Under the pieces are notes generated by a model that saw only the letters and a list, made by a program, of their open reading frames with translations, was not told where the DNA came from and did not search any database. Positions 24,919 to 32,000 of a DNA stretch of 32,000 nt are shown one piece after another. Position 1 is the stretch's first letter; each line of letters opens with the position of its first letter. Position numbers and translations under genes: made by a program. The stretch spans positions 35,284 through 67,283 of the forward strand of contig JAPLKZ010000007.1 of the NCBI GenBank assembly GCA_026387835.1, read 5' to 3'. The DNA comes from Candidatus Saganbacteria bacterium (GTDB lineage Bacteria; Margulisbacteria; WOR-1; JAKLHX01).

Positions 24919-25957
24919 GATAGGGAAGAGATCGGTCGGGGAAGGCTGCGAGCCGCTCATTGTTGCTGAGATGTCTGGTAATCATAACCGCTCACTCAAG
25001 CGGGCGCTGGCGATAGTTGACGCGGCTGCTAAGGCCGGAGTTCATGCTTTAAAAATCCAAACATATACTGCCGATACGATGACGCTCGATCTGAATTGCG
25101 GAGAATTTTTCATCAAGGACAAAAAAAGCCTCTGGAAAGGAAAATCTCTTTATGAACTTTATAAGCGGGCCGCAACCCCCTGGGAGTGGCATAAGGTGAT
25201 CTTTGACCGATGCAGGGAACATGGGATCATCGGTTTTAGCACGCCATTCGACGCGACCGCTGTCGATTTTTTGGAAAAATTGAATGTTCCCTGCTATAAG
25301 ATCGCTTCCTGTGAACTGGTGGATATTCCGCTGATCAAGAAGGCGGCATCGACCGGTAAACCGCTGTTAATGTCGACCGGCATGGCGACACGTCGGGAGA
25401 TAGCCGAAGCGATCGGCGCGGCCAGAAAGGCAGGCTGCCGTAAATTGGTCCTGCTTAAATGTACCAGTTCTTATCCGGCTGATCCAAAGGATTCAAATCT
25501 AGAGACCATTTATGATATGAAAAAAAGATTTGGATGTGAGGTCGGTTTATCAGATCATACATTAGGGATCGGGGTATCTTTAGCAAGTATTGCATTGGGA
25601 GCGGCAGTTATAGAAAAACATTTTACATTATCAAGAAAAGATGGCGGGGTTGATTCGGTTTTTTCTATGGAGCCCGATGAGATGCGGATGTTAGTTGAGG
25701 AAGCAAGTATAGCGTGGCGATCCTTGGGGAAGATATCTTACGAGCTATCCAGTAAGGAAAAAAAATCGCTTGTATTTAGGCGATCATTATATGCCATAAA
25801 AGATATTAAAAAGGGAGAAACTATTACAAAAGATAATGTCAGGTCTATAAGACCCGGGTTAGGGCTTCCGCCGAAATACATTGATGACATTATTGGCAGG
25901 AAAATTAACAGAAACATCACTAAGGGGACGCCGATGAGATGGGACATTATGAAATAG
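24908..25957 (+). CDS. pseI: pseudaminic acid synthase (NeuB family)
   Basis: LIVAEMSGNHN, ALKIQTY, LSDHTLG, C-terminal SAF-like GETITKDNVRSIRPG. ATG 24908 behind AAGGAG is preferred over the track start 24887. Confidence 0.92.
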   Translation: MKIKIGKRSVGEGCEPLIVAEMSGNHNRSLKRALAIVDAAAKAGVHALKIQTYTADTMTLDLNCGEFFIKDKKSLWKGKSLYELYKRAATPWEWHKVIFDRCREHGIIGFSTPFDATAVDFLEKLNVPCYKIASCELVDIPLIKKAASTGKPLLMSTGMATRREIAEAIGAARKAGCRKLVLLKCTSSYPADPKDSNLETIYDMKKRFGCEVGLSDHTLGIGVSLASIALGAAVIEKHFTLSRKDGGVDSVFSMEPDEMRMLVEEASIAWRSLGKISYELSSKEKKSLVFRRSLYAIKDIKKGETITKDNVRSIRPGLGLPPKYIDDIIGRKINRNITKGTPMRWDIMK

Positions 25958-25958
25958 A

Positions 25959-27080
25959 ATGTTGCATGAAATAATTCAATTAACGGAAGACAATCATCCT
26001 CTTTGGGGTGAACTGTGCCAAAAATCAAATGATGCCTGGTTCTGGCATACGACAGAGTGGATGAATTATTGTATTTCTTATGGTTTTGAGAAGCACAGGT
26101 CTAAAAACCTCAGTTTTATAATGATCGATGATTCTGGTCCCATAGCCATTTGCCCATTAGTATTGGAAAGTCACGCAGGGCCTGACGGCAAGGAAAGACA
26201 AGAGTTCTCTATTTCCGGAAGCGGAGGATATTTAGAAATGCCGGCAGTCAGGAGCAACTTAACCAAAGGGCATACGGACAAAATTATGGATGAAATACTT
26301 GAAACGATCGATCAGATGGCTGTTCGTCATCAAGTGTCCAGGGTGTCATTCAGATCTGCTCCATTGGCTCAACAAAGATATAATATCAATTCATTTGAAA
26401 AATTCGGATATCTTGACTGTTCACTAAGCACACATGTGATCGACCTTAAACTTTCGTTAGCCGAGATCTGGAGCGACGTCAGGAAAGGGCATAAGTATGA
26501 TATACATCGCGGAGAAAAAAATTTCATTATCCATATTTATGACAAGGATAATGCGGATAAATCGATTTTTGATCAATACAGGCTTCTTCACCACAAAGCT
26601 TCAGGCCGGGTGACCCGCCCAATAGAAACTTTTGAAATGATGTATGACTGGATCGTGCGTGGGCTGGGCATGTTGTGTGGTGTATGTCGGAACGGACAAT
26701 ACGCAGGTTTTTCATATATAAGCCTGTATAAAGATTCTGCTTATTATACCTCAGCAAGTGATGACCCTGATTTTCAGACAGATGTGCCCATCTCCCATGT
26801 CATACAATGGTCGGTTATCAAATGGTTGAAAGAAAAGGGATTTCAAACCTACGAGATAGGCGGGCAGCATTACGGGCCACATATTTATGATCTGCCTTCA
26901 GCAAAGGATGGCAGCATTGCTTTTTTCAAACGCGGATTTGGCGGAAAACAGCTTCCGTTGTACCGCGTAGAAAAATATTTTGATCGTGATTATATGAGGT
27001 TATCATATGAACTCAAGATAAAAGCTTTGCAGGAAAAAGCCTCAAAAGAAATGATCAAAGAAGGAGCCACCCCCGGATGA
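25959..27080 (+). CDS. FemAB-family / Acetyltransf_6-like GNAT-fold acyl(aminoacyl)transferase
   Basis: 373 aa. The blocks VRKGHKYDIHRGEK and AFFKRGFGG resemble the FemX/FemA conserved blocks. An N-terminal second GNAT-like half is present. Confidence 0.62.
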   Translation: MLHEIIQLTEDNHPLWGELCQKSNDAWFWHTTEWMNYCISYGFEKHRSKNLSFIMIDDSGPIAICPLVLESHAGPDGKERQEFSISGSGGYLEMPAVRSNLTKGHTDKIMDEILETIDQMAVRHQVSRVSFRSAPLAQQRYNINSFEKFGYLDCSLSTHVIDLKLSLAEIWSDVRKGHKYDIHRGEKNFIIHIYDKDNADKSIFDQYRLLHHKASGRVTRPIETFEMMYDWIVRGLGMLCGVCRNGQYAGFSYISLYKDSAYYTSASDDPDFQTDVPISHVIQWSVIKWLKEKGFQTYEIGGQHYGPHIYDLPSAKDGSIAFFKRGFGGKQLPLYRVEKYFDRDYMRLSYELKIKALQEKASKEMIKEGATPG

Positions 27081-28609
27081 TCCTAAAGAATATCAAAGCA
27101 GTTTTTCTTTCTAATATTTTGATCCAGATTATCGGCTTTATCGCTTCATTTATTATAAAACGATTTATAGAGCCCTCTCTCATGGGTGTATGGAACCTGG
27201 TCAATATCGTTGTTAGATATATCCTGATGTTGAATTCGGGCGTTGGGTCGGCAGCCCAGAGGGAGATCCCTTACTTGGCCGGCAGGAATGACAAAGATGC
27301 GGAGGAAAAAACGAAGCAGACTTTTTTTGCCGTCATAGTTATTGAGCTTTTTGCCGCCACGGTGCTGTTTTACTGCTTCTTCTTTTTTAAGCGCGACATA
27401 TTTCAGTCCAATCTTTGGTACCTTTTTTTGGCGGCGCCGTTCTATGCTTTTACAACCCGGATCTATGATGCGTTTGTGACAGTTTTTCAGGCACACCAGG
27501 AATTTGTGAAATTAAGCAAGCTAAATGTTCTCTTTTCTGTAGTAAATATTGTCCTTTCCGTGGCGGGCGCACTGTTTTTCGGGATCACGGGCCTTTTTGT
27601 GGGGATCGGCATATTCTATTTGTATAGAATTTATAAAATATGGGCACTTTCAAAACAAAGCGAAATAAAAATAAGCATTAAATTTCACTGGGATACTTTT
27701 GTGAATCTAATAAAGATAGGATTTCCACTTGAAACCGGCTCTTATTTTTATGGGCTCTTTATTACTATTGACAGCCTGCTTGTTGCCAAATGGCTTGGGG
27801 TCACTTCGCTTGCCTTTTATTCCATGGGATTAGCAATTTCAAGACAGATGGGAGATTTTCCCACGCAAGTAAATACTATTATCTTTCCAAGGATCATGAA
27901 AAAGTTTGGACAAAACCACAATCTTCGGGAGATATCAAAGGACGTTTATGTGTTTTTTATCGGTAATCTGCTTATCATAATCCCTTTTCTTGTTCTGTTT
28001 GTCGTATTCGTGGGCCCGTGGCTCGTCAGGCTTTTTATCAGAAATTACATAGAAAGCATTCCTTCTCTTGTCATCCTGGCATTTTCAATGTTCTTTATCC
28101 CACAGATACACTTGCCGTTTAATATATTCCTGTTAAAAAAGCAAATGATAAAAGTGGTCGGGTATACTGCGCTGAACTTCATAATACTTCTTACGTCGAT
28201 TTTTCTCATTAACTTCCAATCACCAAGCCTAATGATGATAGCTGTATCTGTCTTGATCGGTCAGTTTATATGTTTTATTGTTGTATTTTGGGATTCCATG
28301 ACAGATGTGTTGACATTAAAAGAAAAAATAATAGTATTGCTCTTCCTACAGGCGGCATTTTGGTCATGCCTGATCATCATGCTGGTCCTTGAAAGGATAT
28401 TTCCGTCATCCATGTCCAGGGGCGCAGACACGATCAATATGTTGATAAAAACAACGCTCTCTTTCATTATTTGCGTGCCTATAGCCGTCTGGGCACTTGC
28501 CTTTACAGGAACATGGGACAAGGTAAAGGACGAAATATATTCGACGCTAATTAATTTCAGGACAAGGTTCGGATTTACTGCTGTCGATTCAAACACAGAG
28601 GCCGAATGA
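27077..28609 (+). CDS. wzx: Wzx-like oligosaccharide flippase (MOP superfamily)
   Basis: 510 aa, polytopic (12 or more hydrophobic segments by eye). Typical position in a glycan locus. ATGA overlaps at both ends. Confidence 0.75.
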   Translation: MILKNIKAVFLSNILIQIIGFIASFIIKRFIEPSLMGVWNLVNIVVRYILMLNSGVGSAAQREIPYLAGRNDKDAEEKTKQTFFAVIVIELFAATVLFYCFFFFKRDIFQSNLWYLFLAAPFYAFTTRIYDAFVTVFQAHQEFVKLSKLNVLFSVVNIVLSVAGALFFGITGLFVGIGIFYLYRIYKIWALSKQSEIKISIKFHWDTFVNLIKIGFPLETGSYFYGLFITIDSLLVAKWLGVTSLAFYSMGLAISRQMGDFPTQVNTIIFPRIMKKFGQNHNLREISKDVYVFFIGNLLIIIPFLVLFVVFVGPWLVRLFIRNYIESIPSLVILAFSMFFIPQIHLPFNIFLLKKQMIKVVGYTALNFIILLTSIFLINFQSPSLMMIAVSVLIGQFICFIVVFWDSMTDVLTLKEKIIVLLFLQAAFWSCLIIMLVLERIFPSSMSRGADTINMLIKTTLSFIICVPIAVWALAFTGTWDKVKDEIYSTLINFRTRFGFTAVDSNTEAE

Positions 28610-30315
28610 TGAAAAAAGCAATGCTGGTCAATTCGCTGGAACAAGCAAAGTATGCGATAAGTATCATTGATCCAAAAGGTGAGTGTGATATCTTTTGCCT
28701 GGATTATCTGACATATAAGACATCTTCGGAAGGGCGGCAGCTTAAATATTACTATCAAAATACCAGCTATTGCCCTAGGAAAGACTTTGAACTCCTTGTC
28801 AACAGCTGGCATAAAGACAAGCAAGGTCGTGATGTTACCTGTTATGAAGGCATCTCCGCGGGTCATATCATGAATAATTTAATTACCATGTCACTAGCAA
28901 CGATCATAAGAGAATGGAACAATATAAAAGAAAAATGCGGTAATTACGAACACCTTTATATTCCGGAAGACATGCCCCCGTTAACATCTTCTGTTATTGA
29001 ATGCTATTGCAATAATAAAAGCATTGTGTTTTCAAAGTACAACTGCAAATCCGAGATACAATCACTTAATACTTGTGATGAGCGAATAATTGGGTGGTAC
29101 CCCCAAAGCAGTTTTAGAACGATATTAAGTAATCAATTAAGAAATCTCACGAGCCGGATTAAAAACAATAGGATACTATTTATCCTTGATTGGACTTACA
29201 GGCCAATTCTAAACATATTGCCTCAATCATCCTACATCGGCTTTGATTATCTAATCGCTTACTTGAATGTTTTTCGCAAGGCAAGGGTCAAAAAGCTTTT
29301 TGATAAGCTGCAGGAACTCGTCGAGATTAGCGTCAACGATGAGGAGAAATGGAGAAGATGTGACTTCATCGAAAAGGGTTGTCGAAAGTTAGTAATAAAT
29401 TATATTAAACATATATTCAAGGTCAATAGAAAAAAGTATGAATACACGTTAAATATGTTTGAGCAGGTATTTAGCGATCTAAAACCGCAATTATTTGTTG
29501 TTCCGTCAGACAAATACGATCCGTATGCTATTGGCTTGCAAGTAGCAAAAAAGCACGGAATTAAAACAATGCTGCTCGTAGATGGATATTATGCTTCAAA
29601 ACCAGAAAACACGGATGAATACGGAAAATACTTATTCGATTATTATGCGGCTTTCGGAGAGGCGGCTCGCGCAGATTTTAAATTATTCGGAATCAATAAC
29701 AGTGAAATAATCAATATGCCGGCCATATTATTGGGCAATTACTTTGATCCGATGCCCGATGAAGAAAGATACCAGGTTATAGTTATGACATGGATACCAA
29801 ATCATGAAAACCCAAATGTAAATCTCAATTATCCTGCGAAATATCTTATAGAGACAATAGAGCTGCTAATCTCTATGGGATACAAGAATATCGCTGTGAA
29901 AATGAAGTCCGGCAGGGAACGACAGTATGTCGAAAGGATAGCAGCTTTATTTGGGGCTTCTATAAAGATCGGGATCATCTGCGGCTTATTCAAGGATGTG
30001 GCAGGCCTGTCAGATACTTTTATTGGCGGAGTATCCTCGGCAATCACGGAGATCGGTTTTCTTAAAAAGAAATATTATATCTATGAGCCGGAGGAAAATG
30101 GCAATGATTTCTCAATTGAAAGTGCGCCAAACATGTTCCAAAAACTTAACATCGCAAGAACAATCGATGAATTAAGCGATAATCTTACCTCCGGCAGGCA
30201 GGCGCTGGCCGCAGAGGGAGAATACTTCTTCGGGTTGAAGACAAACAACAAGCAGGAATATGAAGAGAAAGTCAAGTCTGCTTTTGCAAGGTGGACCGGT
30301 GGAAATGAGCAATAA
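28606..30315 (+). CDS. hypothetical 569-aa protein, candidate GT-B-like glycan biosynthesis enzyme (paralog A)
   Basis: Long ORF translationally coupled to wzx. The C-terminal half (YQVIVMTW..., NIAVKMKSGRE, SDTFIGGVSSAITE) looks like a Rossmann-type transferase C-domain. It shares colinear blocks with the next ORF. Family not recognised. Confidence 0.6.
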   Translation: MMKKAMLVNSLEQAKYAISIIDPKGECDIFCLDYLTYKTSSEGRQLKYYYQNTSYCPRKDFELLVNSWHKDKQGRDVTCYEGISAGHIMNNLITMSLATIIREWNNIKEKCGNYEHLYIPEDMPPLTSSVIECYCNNKSIVFSKYNCKSEIQSLNTCDERIIGWYPQSSFRTILSNQLRNLTSRIKNNRILFILDWTYRPILNILPQSSYIGFDYLIAYLNVFRKARVKKLFDKLQELVEISVNDEEKWRRCDFIEKGCRKLVINYIKHIFKVNRKKYEYTLNMFEQVFSDLKPQLFVVPSDKYDPYAIGLQVAKKHGIKTMLLVDGYYASKPENTDEYGKYLFDYYAAFGEAARADFKLFGINNSEIINMPAILLGNYFDPMPDEERYQVIVMTWIPNHENPNVNLNYPAKYLIETIELLISMGYKNIAVKMKSGRERQYVERIAALFGASIKIGIICGLFKDVAGLSDTFIGGVSSAITEIGFLKKKYYIYEPEENGNDFSIESAPNMFQKLNIARTIDELSDNLTSGRQALAAEGEYFFGLKTNNKQEYEEKVKSAFARWTGGNEQ

Positions 30316-32000
30316 GAATATTAGCAACAAAAAACTGATCGTTCTTGGCAGAACTGCAAGCGAAGGCGACTGCAGGCGTATAGTTGCCGGTTGCGATGAT
30401 GCGCTTATTTGCGACTTTTCGGAATATTATCAGATAAACCGTGACGAACTTTTAAAGCGCGCCAAAGAGGGCCTGCATATCGAACTTTCGGCAATATTTC
30501 ACAAAGTGCAGGAGGATATGAGAGATAAATATCTTGACTTTATTGCTGATTGGCCCAATAAAGTATTATGGCGCGGGAAGGATTTTAAAGAGCTTTTTGC
30601 CTGGAAGGGAATAAGCCTTTGGTGGTTCAGCGAGCCGGCGAGGAAGGTTATCGGGGAATACGGAGAATATTCAAAGATCTGCGAGATATTCACAATAAGA
30701 GATATTATTAGTTCGTGCGGTATTGATAGCGTTCAATTAATTTCGTGCCCAAAAGCCTTTCGCCCCACGCTAAAGAAGATCTTTCCGAAAATAAGGATCT
30801 CACATATTGGTCCCGCTAAGGAATGCGGACTATTAAAACATCTGCTCAGAAGAATAATAGTAATGTTTAATGCAATCCTCATAAAGTTCATTTTTAATGA
30901 CAAAAGCAATAGATACGGAAAAGATAGGATCGGTATTATCTCATTCAATCTTTATAATTGGATAGAGAGCAATAAGGTGCCGGTAGACCGCCTGTACCAG
31001 GGACTTGTTGAAGACAAAAGCCTCGGGAATGTGTTTGACTGGATATTTGTCACATCCGCTAATATGGTCGATCTGATCCGCAAAAAAAAACTGAAGGATA
31101 CTTTGGGGCTTTTCAGAAGGATCAGGGACCATTATGGAAGATCATCATTAACATTCGTGGAAAACAAGATCGGTTTCAGCCAAATTGTATTACGGTTTGT
31201 CGATTGTTCCGCAATAATCAGATATTTGTTGCTGGCAAGAAAGAAAGAGTTTAGGGACAGCCTGACAATCGAAGGGGTCAACATATTTGATATTTTTCAT
31301 AATGCCTTTGTCAAATCATTTGTTGTGAATACATTTGAGTCCCAGATGTTGTCGGAATGTTTTTATCGCCTGAATAGGGACGTAAAACACGAGACATATG
31401 TAACTTATGCGGAATTCTTCCCGACCGGCAGGGCGGTGATACACGGGGTAAAGAGGGCTGATACAAAATCCAGGATAGTCTGGCATCAGCATTCTATGCA
31501 AACCAAAGGAAAGACAATGTTTATCAACAGGATCGGTGAAACAAATAAGTCCGGAAGTAAAAATTATGTGCAGTCTTTTCCGATAGCGGATAAATATCTG
31601 ATGTGGGGAAAGCAGGCAAGGTCGGTAGTCGCTCCGGGTTTTCCGGAGAGCAGGATAAAACTTATAGGGTCCTATAAGTATGTTGATAATTTCTATGCAA
31701 TTGCAAGCCATAAGGAGGAATCAAAAGGCGGTAAAAAAAAGATATTGATAGTGCCCTCAAATTACCGCAGGGACTGGCTTTTCCTGTTTAATATCATTTT
31801 TAACGCATTAAAAGATGCGGGAAATCAATATGATGTGAAGGTGACAAAACATCCGGCTGTCCAAAAAGAGATGTTCATTAACGATCTTAAGAGATTTAAA
31901 GGCGGGGTGGATGTTGTCTACAGGGACAGCACGTCAGATGCTCTTACAGAAGCGGATATAGTGATAGGAGGGGTCACTACGGTCATTCTCGACGCAATAC
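30305..32000 (+). CDS. hypothetical protein of at least 565 aa, 3'-truncated by the window edge (paralog B); absent from the ORF track
   Basis: I translated the frame by hand from ATG 30305 (MSNKNISNKKLIVLG...) to base 31999 and found no stop. AAGGTGG lies ~10 nt upstream. Blocks WKGISLWWF, KKILIVPSN, DVKVTKHPA and ADIVIGGVTTVILDA parallel paralog A. Alternative start at ATG 30260. Confidence 0.65.
   Translation, partial: MSNKNISNKKLIVLGRTASEGDCRRIVAGCDDALICDFSEYYQINRDELLKRAKEGLHIELSAIFHKVQEDMRDKYLDFIADWPNKVLWRGKDFKELFAWKGISLWWFSEPARKVIGEYGEYSKICEIFTIRDIISSCGIDSVQLISCPKAFRPTLKKIFPKIRISHIGPAKECGLLKHLLRRIIVMFNAILIKFIFNDKSNRYGKDRIGIISFNLYNWIESNKVPVDRLYQGLVEDKSLGNVFDWIFVTSANMVDLIRKKKLKDTLGLFRRIRDHYGRSSLTFVENKIGFSQIVLRFVDCSAIIRYLLLARKKEFRDSLTIEGVNIFDIFHNAFVKSFVVNTFESQMLSECFYRLNRDVKHETYVTYAEFFPTGRAVIHGVKRADTKSRIVWHQHSMQTKGKTMFINRIGETNKSGSKNYVQSFPIADKYLMWGKQARSVVAPGFPESRIKLIGSYKYVDNFYAIASHKEESKGGKKKILIVPSNYRRDWLFLFNIIFNALKDAGNQYDVKVTKHPAVQKEMFINDLKRFKGGVDVVYRDSTSDALTEADIVIGGVTTVILDAI

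Noticed and set aside
31082-31090. A8-A9 and T8 homopolymers (for example 1391-1398, 2132-2139, 2964-2972, 10545-10552, 18924-18931, 31082-31090, 31733-31740) as phase-variation tracts
   Set aside because: Lys (AAA) and Phe (TTT) codon runs are frequent throughout this AT-leaning sequence, so they are not distinctive. Only the C8 tract in wzc stands out.
30499-31711. Four minus-strand ORFs (64-131 aa), the only track entries after 30315
   Set aside because: A continuous plus-strand frame from 30305 to the window edge, with paralogy to the preceding gene and translational coupling, explains the region better. The minus ORFs are its shadows.

Overview
This 32-kb window is almost entirely coding: about 34 genes, standard genetic code, and no rRNA, tRNA, CRISPR array or transposase seen. 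It reads as a cell-surface glycan super-locus, probably from an uncultivated diderm bacterium; I cannot assign taxonomy from sequence alone. From left to right: (1) a 5'-truncated hypothetical CDS. (2) dTDP-sugar genes rmlA (long form), an rmlC-like cupin and rmlB, with no rmlD. (3) Two consecutive outer-membrane exporter (OPX, Wza-like) plus PCP pairs, first a Wzc-type tyrosine autokinase and then a kinase-less Wzz. These are followed by an ArnE/F-like 4-TM protein, a MarR-type EPS regulator and a DegT aminotransferase. (4) A four-helix-bundle gene (23S rRNA IVS / Avd-like) bracketed by three blocks of 4 x NNCCAAT heptamers. (5) A compact island encoding every step of a DHAP-shunt-like MTA / 5'-deoxyadenosine salvage route: mtnP, apt, mtnA, a class I DhnA-type aldolase and a Zn-ADH, next to an FAD oxidoreductase. 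(6) A long, translationally coupled operon. It holds the pseudaminic acid core (pseB, pseC, pseG, pseH-like, pseI) interleaved with non-canonical genes: aldo/keto reductase, SpsF-like cytidylyltransferase, class III aminotransferase, SAM methyltransferase, radical SAM/SPASM enzyme, WbqC-like and FemAB-like. A Wzx flippase and two tandem paralogous ~570-aa proteins of unrecognised family follow. The second paralog (30305 to the window end) is missing from the supplied ORF track because it has no stop codon in the window. The best candidates for something undescribed are the tailoring module inside the pse operon, the paralog pair, the aldolase-swapped salvage island, and the heptamer-bracketed four-helix-bundle cassette. 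All functional calls rest on motif recognition by eye; no database search was possible.
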